Below are positions 8,036 to 16,861 of a stretch of DNA of 34,882 bases, in pieces. The stretch is from Myxococcota bacterium (lineage in GTDB: Bacteria > Myxococcota_A > UBA796 > SXON01), in assembly GCA_040386535.1 (NCBI GenBank), contig JAZKFH010000044.1, positions 3,345-38,226 on the forward strand, given 5' to 3'. Under the pieces are notes generated by a model. The model did not search any database. It saw only the letters and a program-made list of their open reading frames with translations, and was not told the DNA's origin. How positions within the stretch are numbered: position 1 is the stretch's first letter; each line of letters opens with the position of its first letter. The translations under genes and the position numbers were made by a program.

Positions 8036-11000
8036 ATGAACGGCGCCGACACCGCACCCACCCACGTGGGGCCCTTCCGTGTCGTCCGCCTGCTCGCCCA
8101 GGGCGGCATGTCGGTGGTGTACGAGGTGGCCGACCCGGACGACGGGCGCTCCCTCGCCGCGAAGGTGCTGATGGAGCGCGGGCAGGGCGTGCCGCGCTTC
8201 GGCCGCGAGTACCGCGCGCTCACCCGGCTGGACCACCCCAACATCGTGCGCGTGTTCCGCTACGGCATGACCGAGGAGGGGCAGCCCTACCTCGTGATGG
8301 AGCTGCTCCACGGCGTGCCGGCGCAGGTGCGCGTCAAGAGCCTGGGCCGCCCGGGCGAGCCGATCCGCACCGGCGAGGCCGCTCGCATCACGATGCGCGT
8401 CGCCAAGGCGCTCGAATACATGCACGCCCGCGGCATCGTCCACCGCGACCTGAAGAGCAGCAACGTGATCGTGCTCGGCGACGGGCAGGTCAAGGTGCTC
8501 GACTTCGGCACCGCGCGCCTGCTCCACACGCCCGAGGCGCTCACCGATCCGGGCGAGTTCGTCGGCACCTTCCATTACGCGAGCCCCGAGCAGCTCACGG
8601 GCAAGGAGGTCGGCCCGCGCAGCGACTTGTACGCGCTCGGGGTGCTGCTCTACCGCATGCTCACGGGGCGCCGCCCCTACGAGTCCGACCACCCGCCCAC
8701 GCTGGCGCGCATGCACCTCGAGGTGGTGCCGCTCCCGCCGCGGCGCGTGGTGCCGACGCTGCCGGAGGCCCTCTCCGCCCTCACGATGAAGATGCTGGCG
8801 AAGCGCCCGGGCGACCGTCCCGAGAACGCCGCTCGCGTCGTGGAGGCGCTCCGCGCGCACCTCCCCACGACGGACACCTCCCCCGCCCCGCTGCCCCTGT
8901 TGCGGAACATCGGCCGTGCCTCGCAGCTCCGCGCGATCCACCAGCTCCTCGACGAGCCCGAGCCCGGCGCGGCCCTCCTGTTCACCGGCGCGGAAGGCAG
9001 CGGGCGCAGCCGGCTCGTGCGGCTCGCGCTCGAAGAGGCGCAGGTGCGCAACTTCCGCACCTTCGAGGTGCCGTTCGGCTCCCACGCGCGCCCGCTCGTG
9101 GCGCTGGCCGAGCAGGTGGTGGCGACCTTCGCGGACGTGGGCGAGCACGCCGCCGTCCGCGCGGCCCAGGCCGTGGCGACCGGCGCGATGGCGCCCGATC
9201 CCGCCGTGATCGCGCGCATGCTCGCGGCCCGCGCCGACGCCGACCCGCTGCCGATCGTGCTCGGCGCGCGCGCGATGGAGGACGGCACCCGCGCCGAGGT
9301 GGAGTGCCTGCTCTCCGCGCTCGCGATCCTGCACGGCGAGGGCGCGACCGTGATGGCCTTCGCCTCGTGGGCCGAGCGCCCCGTGCCGCGCGTGTGGCCG
9401 GGGGCGCGCGCGGTGCCGGTCCCGCCGCTCACCGCCACCGAGGTGGCCGTGCTCGTGAGCCAGTGGCTCGGCGTCGCGTCGGTCTCCCCCGAGCTGGTTC
9501 GCCGGCTGCTCACCGCCAGCGGCGGCATGCCCGGGCCGCTCGAGCAGCTGGTCCGCGCGCTCCCGCACGGCCGCGAGCAGCGCGAGGCGCCCTTCTCCGT
9601 GCCCGCGAGCGTCCGCGACGCCCTGCTGGTGCGCCTGGAGAGCCTCGCCCGCCTGCACCGTCGCGCCGCGGAGGCCGTCGCGCTCACCGAGGGCGATCTC
9701 GAGCTCGCCCAGCTCGCCCACGCCATCGACGAGACCGAGGAGGACACGCGCGGCGCGCTCGACGCCCTCGTGGCCGACCAGCTGCTCGTCGAGCAGGAGG
9801 GCCGGTGGAGCTTCCGCGTGGGCGTGGCCGGGGCGCTCGTGCGCGAACGGCTGCGGCCGACGCGGCGCCACGTCTTGTGCCGGCGCATCGCGGACACGGT
9901 CGAGGGCGCGACGCCCAGCCCGCGGCTCGCGGCGGTGCTGCTCGACGCCGGGCTGGTCGAGGCCGCTGGCGCCACCGCGGTCGCGTGGGCCACGCCGCTC
10001 GTGCGCGCGGGCCTCTACGCCGAGGCCGTGCCGCTCCTGGAGCGGATCGCGGCCGCGCGCGGCAACGCCACCGCGGACTCGCCGCTGTGGCGCCTGTACG
10101 CCGAGTGCCTCGCGGAGGTGCGGCCCGAGGGCGGCGCCGCGGACCAGGCCATCGGGCGGGCGCGCGCGCTGGCGGCGCACGTCGGAGACCTCGGCGACAC
10201 CGATCTGATGGCGGCGCGGCTGGCCCGCGGGCGGGGCGACACCAACGAGGAGCGCGAGATGCTCGTGCGCGCCGTCGAGCGGCTCGGGCGCATGGGGGAT
10301 CCGGCGCGCGCGGGCGTTGCCGCCGAGCGCCTTGCCGAGCTGGAGCTGCTCGCGGGCGCGCTGGAGTCCGGGTACAAGCAGGCCCTGGTCGCCGTACAGA
10401 GCCTGCGCGGGCCCGACGCGCGGCGCGCCGCCGTGGTGCTCGCGACCGCCCAGATCTGGCGCGGCGAGCTCCGCGCCGCCGAGGCCGTGCTCGCCGAGGT
10501 CCTCGCCGCACCCGACCTCGACGCCTTGTCCGCGTGGCGCGCGGTGACCGCCCTCGCGAGCGCGTTGCGGCCCCAGGGGCGCTTCTCCGAGGCGCGCGCC
10601 CGCATCGAGGCGGCGCTGCCCGTCGCGCGCATCCAGGCGCCCGCGCCGCTGTTCGCGGGGCTCCTGCTCGCGGCCGCCGAGGTCGACGTCGACCTGTTCC
10701 GCGTGGGCCAGGCCCGCGAGCGCCTCGCCCAGGCCCTCGACGCCGTGCCCGGGGGCGCCCCCGCCGCCCTCGACGCCGCCGCCGCCGTCCTTGGCGCGCG
10801 CCTCGCGGGCCTCGCGGGCGACGTGCCGGGGGCGCTCCGCGTCCTCGAACCGGCGCTGGAGCGCGCGTCGTCGCGCCAGTTCCTCGGGGTGGCCGCCCGC
10901 CTGCGCGCCGCGCGGGGGCTCCAGCTGCTCCGCGCCGGCCGGACCACCGCGGGCAACGCCGATCTCGACGCCGCCCGCGACGTGTTGCGCACCGCCGGCG

Positions 11001-11302
11001 CCCTCCCCGCCCTCGCCGAGATCGCCGTCGGCCGCGCCGAGATCGCCGACGGCACCAACGATCCGATCGAGCTGTTCACCGATGTCGCCGCGTGGATGGA
11101 GATGCAGCCCGTGCGCGTCGTGCGTCTCGAGTTCCTGTTGGCCGCCATGCGCCACGCCGAGCGCCTGGAGGACACCCCGCGCGCCGAGGCCTTCCGCCAC
11201 GAGGCCGAGGCCGTGTTCGGCCAGATCCGCAAGATGCTCGCCGCCGAGGACGACACCAGCTTGGGCGTACACCCGTGGCGGCAGATCCTGCGCTGGGGGT
11301 GA
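8036..11302 (+). CDS. Hanks-type Ser/Thr kinase fused to degenerate P-loop NTPase and TPR-like helical region
   Basis: LAQGGMSVVY, AAK, HRDLKSSN, DFG, YASPEQ, SDLYALG; GAEGSGRS P-loop-like; Ala/Leu-rich helical C-terminus; the ORF-track extension 5939-8035 is antisense shadow. Confidence 0.9.
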   Translation: MNGADTAPTHVGPFRVVRLLAQGGMSVVYEVADPDDGRSLAAKVLMERGQGVPRFGREYRALTRLDHPNIVRVFRYGMTEEGQPYLVMELLHGVPAQVRVKSLGRPGEPIRTGEAARITMRVAKALEYMHARGIVHRDLKSSNVIVLGDGQVKVLDFGTARLLHTPEALTDPGEFVGTFHYASPEQLTGKEVGPRSDLYALGVLLYRMLTGRRPYESDHPPTLARMHLEVVPLPPRRVVPTLPEALSALTMKMLAKRPGDRPENAARVVEALRAHLPTTDTSPAPLPLLRNIGRASQLRAIHQLLDEPEPGAALLFTGAEGSGRSRLVRLALEEAQVRNFRTFEVPFGSHARPLVALAEQVVATFADVGEHAAVRAAQAVATGAMAPDPAVIARMLAARADADPLPIVLGARAMEDGTRAEVECLLSALAILHGEGATVMAFASWAERPVPRVWPGARAVPVPPLTATEVAVLVSQWLGVASVSPELVRRLLTASGGMPGPLEQLVRALPHGREQREAPFSVPASVRDALLVRLESLARLHRRAAEAVALTEGDLELAQLAHAIDETEEDTRGALDALVADQLLVEQEGRWSFRVGVAGALVRERLRPTRRHVLCRRIADTVEGATPSPRLAAVLLDAGLVEAAGATAVAWATPLVRAGLYAEAVPLLERIAAARGNATADSPLWRLYAECLAEVRPEGGAADQAIGRARALAAHVGDLGDTDLMAARLARGRGDTNEEREMLVRAVERLGRMGDPARAGVAAERLAELELLAGALESGYKQALVAVQSLRGPDARRAAVVLATAQIWRGELRAAEAVLAEVLAAPDLDALSAWRAVTALASALRPQGRFSEARARIEAALPVARIQAPAPLFAGLLLAAAEVDVDLFRVGQARERLAQALDAVPGGAPAALDAAAAVLGARLAGLAGDVPGALRVLEPALERASSRQFLGVAARLRAARGLQLLRAGRTTAGNADLDAARDVLRTAGALPALAEIAVGRAEIADGTNDPIELFTDVAAWMEMQPVRVVRLEFLLAAMRHAERLEDTPRAEAFRHEAEAVFGQIRKMLAAEDDTSLGVHPWRQILRWG

Positions 11303-11320
11303 GGGGGATACACCGCCGCG

Positions 11321-12046
11321 ATGACGATGCTCCTCGCGCTGGTCCTCTCGTCGGCGCTTCCCGCGGCCGCCGCTCCGCCCCTCCTGCCAGCCCCGTGGCC
11401 GGCGGACACCCCGCTCGTCTACACGTTCACGTACGGGATCGGCGGCTTCGTGCTCCAGGGTGAGCGGCCCAGCGCGTCGCAGCAGCTCCCCCCACTGCGC
11501 TACACGTGGACCTGCCGCGCCAAGCCGATGAAGAAGTCCGGCCGCCAGGAGATGACCTGCGACGAGCCCGGCCTCGGCACCGTCTGGATGCTGTGGGGCC
11601 CTGGGCGCGAGCTGGTCGAGGTCGACATCGACGAGGACGCCTCCGCCCTCGGCGACGACCGCCACCGCCACCGCGTGACCGTCCTCGCCGGCGCCTTGGA
11701 GCTCTGGCCCGCGGCGCCCGTGGCCGGAGTCGGGTGGGAGCAGGGCGGCCGCTTCGGCGTGTTGAGGGTGGCACCCGCCACGAGCAACAGCGCCTACACG
11801 TTGGCGCACACCGTCAGCCGCGTCGAGGGCGACCGCGTCTTCATCACGAGCACGGGCTCCGGCACGGCGCTCGTGGGCTCCGCGGGCGACACCGGCAGCC
11901 GCGTCCAACTCGCGGTGGCGGGCGAGGCCGAGTTCGACACGGCGGCGGGCGTGTTGGTGGAGCGGTCGGTGCGCGTCAACGTGACACAGTTCGTTGGCAC
12001 CTACGGGACGTTGGGGCACGAGGTGACGGTGACACGGGTGCCGTAG
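11321..12046 (+). CDS. Secreted hypothetical protein
   Basis: Signal peptide MTMLLALVLSSALPAAA; 18 bp after kinase stop; host-like codon usage. Confidence 0.75.
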   Translation: MTMLLALVLSSALPAAAAPPLLPAPWPADTPLVYTFTYGIGGFVLQGERPSASQQLPPLRYTWTCRAKPMKKSGRQEMTCDEPGLGTVWMLWGPGRELVEVDIDEDASALGDDRHRHRVTVLAGALELWPAAPVAGVGWEQGGRFGVLRVAPATSNSAYTLAHTVSRVEGDRVFITSTGSGTALVGSAGDTGSRVQLAVAGEAEFDTAAGVLVERSVRVNVTQFVGTYGTLGHEVTVTRVP

Positions 12047-12084
12047 GGTGGGACGCCTTAGGCGGCGGCGTTGGTAGGTGACAC

Positions 12085-12202
12085 GGGCGCGTCCGGCGCG
12101 GACGCCGGCCGGCCCCTTCCGGGCTCGGGCTTCGCCCTCGGTCGGCGCGCGGACGCGCCGGACCGGCCGCGGAGCGGCCGCCCTTCAGGGGCCTCGCGCG
12201 GG
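12085..12202 (-). repeat. Multi-hairpin dispersed element, copy A
   Basis: CCCGCGCGAGG; P1 CCC-tgaa-GGG; P2 CGGCCGC-tcc-GCGGCCG; P3 GTC-c-GGCGCG-tccg-CGCGCC-GAC; CGA; P4 GGGC-gaa-GCCC; P5 CCC-ggaa-GGG; P6 CCGGCG-tccg-CGCCGG; ACGCGCCC. Confidence 0.8.
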
Positions 12203-12293
12203 GGGTGTTGGTTGGCGCTGCGACCGTGGTGGCAGCGTGTTTCGGATATCGGTGGGTTATTGGACAGGACGACAGCCTTCGACCGGCCGTCGG

Positions 12294-12683
12294 TCAGGTT
12301 CTCGACATCTCCCGGAATACGGCGCGGAACGCCTGGACGACGACAAGATCCTTGCGCCGCTGAGGCTCTGGAAGTTCGTCATAGGGAACGAGGCAGGGCG
12401 AGGTTCTCGCCTCTGCGTCACGCACGGGGCCGAGGCGCCACCCAGATGCGAGGCGCTCACGCATCCAGTTTTCGTGGCTTACGCGCTCGAGGTCCTCCCG
12501 GCCCCTATTGAAGGCCCAAAACCGCACCGCGCTGCGTATGGACTCCCGCTGCCACTCGGGCGCCTGTTCCCATTCCTGGCCCGCTTCTCCGAGCGCAAGT
12601 ACGGAATAGGCGTACCAGGCCGAGTGGCAAGCCGCTGCCAGGATTTCTATAGCTTGTGCGCTCAGCTCCACTCTCGGCCTCAC
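12294..12683 (-). CDS. Stand-alone RyR (ryanodine receptor repeat) domain protein
   Basis: HENWMRERLASGWRLGPVRDAEARTSPCLVPYDELPEPQRRKD matches the RyR-domain signature HxxW...GW.YG..RD....HP.LVPY..L. Confidence 0.85.
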   Translation of the reverse strand: MRPRVELSAQAIEILAAACHSAWYAYSVLALGEAGQEWEQAPEWQRESIRSAVRFWAFNRGREDLERVSHENWMRERLASGWRLGPVRDAEARTSPCLVPYDELPEPQRRKDLVVVQAFRAVFREMSRT

Positions 12684-12994
12684 GGCGTTGGGGGAAACTT
12701 TGTTCCGACCCAGTAGGCGGCAGCCCCTACAAGCGAAACGACGGTTCCGACTGCGCCGACCGCACCCCAGGCCTGACCGAACGTCAATACCCTAACTACC
12801 GAGAGTATGGAGACCGCATCGGCGTTGGCGTTCATCGCTTTCGGCTGTCGATGCTCCTCCACGCGCTTCGTCCAATCGCTAAAGACCCCAAGAAATTCCT
12901 GCTTCGTGAGCGATGCTCGGTCGACCTCGCCATCTCCCGTCGGGCATTGTCGCGGCTCGCCACCGCGCCGCAACCAGCCCCTCGGCCTTCGCAA
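12680..12994 (-). pseudogene. Probable 5'-truncated gene remnant with C-terminal transmembrane helix
   Basis: Protein-like only from about EVDRASLTKQEFLGVFSDWTKRV to the TM segment AWGAVGAVGTVVSLVGAAAYWVG; no convincing start or RBS; in-frame stop at 13052-13054; GTGA overlap with RyR gene. Confidence 0.5.
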
Positions 12995-13064
12995 GACTGA
13001 ACGACCGTCGTCTATACCCCTCGAAGAAGGGCGGTTCGCACACGAAGCGCGTTACGCGGAGGAC

Positions 13065-13709
13065 ATGAGCGATGAAGACGAGAGACACCTCCACTCGGCC
13101 GGCGCAACGGTCCGACATGGATCTCCGTTCACTCACCTCGATGTGCCCGCCCGACACGTCAACCCAGACCGCGACTTCATCACGAAGTGGGTCCAGCCCT
13201 TCTACCTCCAGAACCTTACAGAGGAGTCGGCCCCATTTGTTGAAGCTGTGCGCGGCGTTGCGCCTGAACTGACGGAGGAACTCGTTGCCGAGCTCCTCTC
13301 CTACTTCAACTGGCGGCCGCGCATGGTCGGCGCCTACTTCGTCGCAATCAAGCGCTTCGCATCCTTTGAGGACCACATAGGTAAGCTTCTATTGCGAAGC
13401 GACGTGTGCGACGCTGGCCGCGGCTACTGCGCTGCCCTGACGCGTCTCAACTCTTCCGCGTCTGTCGAGTACCTCGAGGAGTACTTGAGGTACTATATGT
13501 CTCGCGCCGACCTGTGGTTCGACCAGGGGTTCGCGATGGCCGCGGTCGGGTACCTCGATGAGCAGAACAACACGGCGCGGCGGGAAGAACTCGAGCCCCA
13601 ATGGCAGCGGTTCATCGAGAACAAGCCAACCTGGAGTCTTCGCGGCTACGACGAGAGGTTTCGCGCCACCATGAACACCCTCGAAGCCGCGGCGAGCGCG
13701 GCCTGCTAA
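13065..13709 (+). CDS. DUF6000-like protein
   Basis: GGAGGAC RBS; NWRPRMVGAYF...IGKLLLRSDVCDAGRGYCAAL...YLRYY...DLWFDQ recalls DUF6000. Confidence 0.75.
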   Translation: MSDEDERHLHSAGATVRHGSPFTHLDVPARHVNPDRDFITKWVQPFYLQNLTEESAPFVEAVRGVAPELTEELVAELLSYFNWRPRMVGAYFVAIKRFASFEDHIGKLLLRSDVCDAGRGYCAALTRLNSSASVEYLEEYLRYYMSRADLWFDQGFAMAAVGYLDEQNNTARREELEPQWQRFIENKPTWSLRGYDERFRATMNTLEAAASAAC

Positions 13710-13872
13710 CCCGACTTTGCTTCAGGCGGGACCGCGCCTTGGTAGGCGGATCTCCGGTCGCGTCCTACTGAGGCTGCCCGCATCCAGGCAGCAAACCGGA
13801 CCGTTCGCCGAAGGTCGGCGCTCCAAACGGAGCGAGGGAACCAGGCGACGGCCGCGCGACCAACTGCGTCGG

Positions 13873-14580
13873 CTAACCGGACTCGGCGTCGGAAAGGAAG
13901 GCAGCATAAGAACGATAGCTTGACCGGTTCTGAAGATACCGACGGTAGGATGCGTAGTGGTACTCGCATCGCGATAAGAGCGTTTGGTGCTTTGCTACAT
14001 CCTCGGCGAGGAGTCGCCTCCAGTTGTCGAGCCAACGGTCAAGCTCGTCCATCTCAGTCAGGGTAGCGCCGTCCGCACCGTACAGAACACCGGCAGGTAG
14101 TTCATGGAGTGTGTAGGCAAACCACCCGGCCAAGGCCTCGACCAACTTCTCCTTCGCACGCGGCACGACAGGAGATGTGGTTGCGGCTGCCCACAAGTCC
14201 TCCAGGGCGTCCCCCGCAATCACGGGCGCGAGCGCCTGTGTGCCCCGTGTGTTCGCAATCCGACCGCGCCAGGTCGAGGCCCAGAGTCTCCCGCGGCCGG
14301 AACGCGAACGGTACTCCTCTACGACTCGCGGCGCGACTAGTCCGCAGAACAGCGCGTGGGGCACCTCATCGACGCCGTGGTCTACTCCCAAGTCGACGAG
14401 GGCGTCTCCGAGAGCGTAGCGGTTAGGCTCTGGGTACCGTTGGACAACTTGTACGATGGCGTCCATCTCCTGGTTGGCTTGCCCGCGACTTCCCCTTGCA
14501 TAAGCACTAAGAAGGTCATCCACTCGGGGTGCATCTTCCGGTGCAAGGTGTCGTCGGAGTAGCGATAATGCACGGTCCAT
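13873..14580 (-). CDS. Hypothetical protein (accessory, AT-richer)
   Basis: Protein-like 235-aa ORF with YTLHELPAGVLYGADGAT segment; ATG at 14580. Confidence 0.7.
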   Translation of the reverse strand: MDRALSLLRRHLAPEDAPRVDDLLSAYARGSRGQANQEMDAIVQVVQRYPEPNRYALGDALVDLGVDHGVDEVPHALFCGLVAPRVVEEYRSRSGRGRLWASTWRGRIANTRGTQALAPVIAGDALEDLWAAATTSPVVPRAKEKLVEALAGWFAYTLHELPAGVLYGADGATLTEMDELDRWLDNWRRLLAEDVAKHQTLLSRCEYHYASYRRYLQNRSSYRSYAAFLSDAESG

Positions 14581-15237
14581 GCTGCGACCGTATCTCGTCC
14601 GCTCATGGGAAACTACGGTGCGATCCGGCAAGGCGAGTTGAAAGGCGCCCCTCCCCACTGAGCGTCAAGCGCGGGGCAAACCTCGCGATCGTGTGACGGT
14701 GTGCCCGCGCGCGCGGGTCCAACCGGTCCCGCGTTCGCGGAAGACCGCTCGGTCACCGGGACGTGGTGATTCGTGACGCGCGATGGTGGGCCCTCGGCGC
14801 CCGGGAGACGGCGTCCCGTCGAATAGCTGGCCGACATGCCGCTCGAACCGGGCGAAGACGCCAGGCCCGGCCCGGGCGCACCAAGCATAGCGGCAGTTCT
14901 CAAGGGCGTCGAGTGCGCCCGGGACATGCGGTGCCCGTCGAGGACGCCGGGCACCAGCGGCCAGATAGCCCGCACGCGGGCACGCGCGCGGAGGCCCCTC
15001 GCACGTCGGCAGTCGTCTTCACGTCATCCGACAGGCCACCAATTCGCGGGCCAACCGTGTCAGCACCTCGAGCGTAGCCCGCGTGTGTCGGCACCTCGCC
15101 CCATTCCTTCCGACGGGTCGGCAGGCGGCCGAGGCGCCGACCGCTCATCACGCCGTCGTTTCGAGCCTCGCCCAAAGAACGCGCGCGTTATTATGCTCCG
15201 AGACTTGGAACGCAGGCGTTCTTGTCCTCGGAGCGGC

Positions 15238-16416
15238 ATGGGCAGGGTCACGGGTCGATACGAAGTCACCATTGCCGGAGGCGAGTCTGTGCGGGCGTTC
15301 GTGCCCGACCCGCTCCCGCCCGCGAACCCGGCACTCGATCTCTCACGGCTGGACGCGCGGTTGCGCGCAGCCGAGCAGGGGTTGGCGCGCCTCGATGTCG
15401 CCGCGGCGATGGTGCCGTCGTTGGACTGGTTCATCTACGCCTTCGTGCGCAAGGAGGCGGTCATCTCCTCGCAGATCGAGGGCACGCAGGCCACGCTGGT
15501 CGACCTGCTGAACTACGAGGCGAGCGAGGCCGTGGCGGAGACAATCCAGCCAACCGCGGACGTCGAGGAGATCTGCAACTACGTGGACGCGCTGACCTTT
15601 GCCCGCGGGCAGCTCGTCGATCCGACGGCGCCGCCGCTCTCGATGCGGCTCCTCAACGCGACTCACTCACGGTTGATGCGCGGGGTCCGCGGCGCCACCA
15701 AGCTCCCCGGCGAGATCCGCAGGAGCCAGAACTGGATCGGCGGTTCTCGACCCGGAAACGCGTCGTTCGTGCCGCCCCCGCCCCACCTCCTCCCCGATGG
15801 GCTGGCGGCACTCGAGCGCTACATCCACACGGAGGACGGCCTTCCGCCCCTCATCCGCGCGGGACTCGTGCACGTGCAGTTCGAGACGCTCCACCCGTAC
15901 CTGGACGGCAACGGCCGAATCGGGCGGCTCCTGGTGAGCCTGCTCCTCGAGCATTGGAAGCTGCTTGCTCGCCCCCTTCTTTATCTCTCCCTCTTTTTCA
16001 AGCGGCATCGGGCCGAATACTACCGGCGCCTGAGTCGGGTCCGAACCGACGGGGACTGGGAGGCCTGGCTCGACTTCTTCCTTGACGGCGTCGCGACCAT
16101 TGCCGACGAAGCGGTGGCAACCGCCCGAGACCTGTTCGGACTCATTGCCGCGGATCGGGAGCGGCTCCTCGCCCGCGCCGAGATCGCGGTGGCCGCCGTG
16201 CGCCTATTCGAGCGCTTGCCGACCAGCCCAATCGTCACGACCTCTTCGGTGATGCGGTTGCTCGACACCACTCGACCCACTGCCGGGCGTGCCATCGACG
16301 CGCTGGTAGACGCTGGAGTGCTCGTCGAGACGACGGGAAGGCGCCGCGATCGCTCATTCGTGTACGACGCGTACCTGAAGCGGTTGCGTGAGGGAACCGA
16401 GCTCGACCAGACGTAG
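15238..16416 (+). CDS. Fic-family protein (class II-like, N-terminal inhibitory helix, C-terminal HTH)
   Basis: HPYLDGNGRIGR Fic motif; KEAVISSQIEG = (S/T)xxxE(G/N); C-terminal HTH-like region ending ETTGRRRDRSF. Confidence 0.93.
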   Translation: MGRVTGRYEVTIAGGESVRAFVPDPLPPANPALDLSRLDARLRAAEQGLARLDVAAAMVPSLDWFIYAFVRKEAVISSQIEGTQATLVDLLNYEASEAVAETIQPTADVEEICNYVDALTFARGQLVDPTAPPLSMRLLNATHSRLMRGVRGATKLPGEIRRSQNWIGGSRPGNASFVPPPPHLLPDGLAALERYIHTEDGLPPLIRAGLVHVQFETLHPYLDGNGRIGRLLVSLLLEHWKLLARPLLYLSLFFKRHRAEYYRRLSRVRTDGDWEAWLDFFLDGVATIADEAVATARDLFGLIAADRERLLARAEIAVAAVRLFERLPTSPIVTTSSVMRLLDTTRPTAGRAIDALVDAGVLVETTGRRRDRSFVYDAYLKRLREGTELDQT

Positions 16417-16642
16417 GCCACGGCCGGCCATGGGGCATGCCTCTCCCACCCTCCCGCGCGGCACAAGCGCTCGCGGCAGGCCTCTCGGCGCACACCCTCG
16501 CGACCGCCGGGCACTTGTCTCCCCAGGCACGCATGTCACGGTCGACCACCCCTCGGGGACCCCCTTTCCACCACCGTCGGCATCCTGGAGCCCGGCACGC
16601 CTCGTGCATCCCCCCGCATGCCGCCACCCTTCCGGAGCCCTC

Positions 16643-16837
16643 ATGCCCCTGTTCTCCCTTCTCCTCTCCCTCCTCGGCTGCGCCGAGTTCGACGCGCCCT
16701 GTGACGACTACGCCGCCGACACCGACAGCGCGTGCTTCTCCGAGGAGGTGCACGCGGCCTGCGAGGATGTCGCGGCCACGTGCCTGGGCCCGGTGGTAGC
16801 GAACTTCAGCTGCCCGCCGAGTTTTGAATGTCAGTAG
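16643..16837 (+). CDS. Small Cys-rich lipoprotein (64 aa)
   Basis: GGAG RBS; MPLFSLLLSLLGC lipobox; six further Cys. Confidence 0.65.
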   Translation: MPLFSLLLSLLGCAEFDAPCDDYAADTDSACFSEEVHAACEDVAATCLGPVVANFSCPPSFECQ

Positions 16838-16861
16838 GCGCGTAGCCCCCGCACCCCCCAC

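Noticed and set aside
7919..12019. 1366-aa minus-strand ORF and many other long Arg/Pro/Gly-rich ORFs
   Set aside because: Stop-poor shadow frames expected in very GC-rich DNA, overlapping well-supported genes.
12085..12202. Hairpin element as a known RNA (hammerhead, SRP RNA or cobalamin riboswitch) because of CTGA and GGAAGG words
   Set aside because: Required cores (CUGANGA...GAAA, SRP GGAAGGAAGCAG, B12 box) are absent, and these words are not conserved across copies.
14600..15237. Possible small ORFs upstream of Fic, including the 134-aa extension of the Fic ORF
   Set aside because: No motif, RBS or codon-bias support; Fic similarity starts at about 15238.
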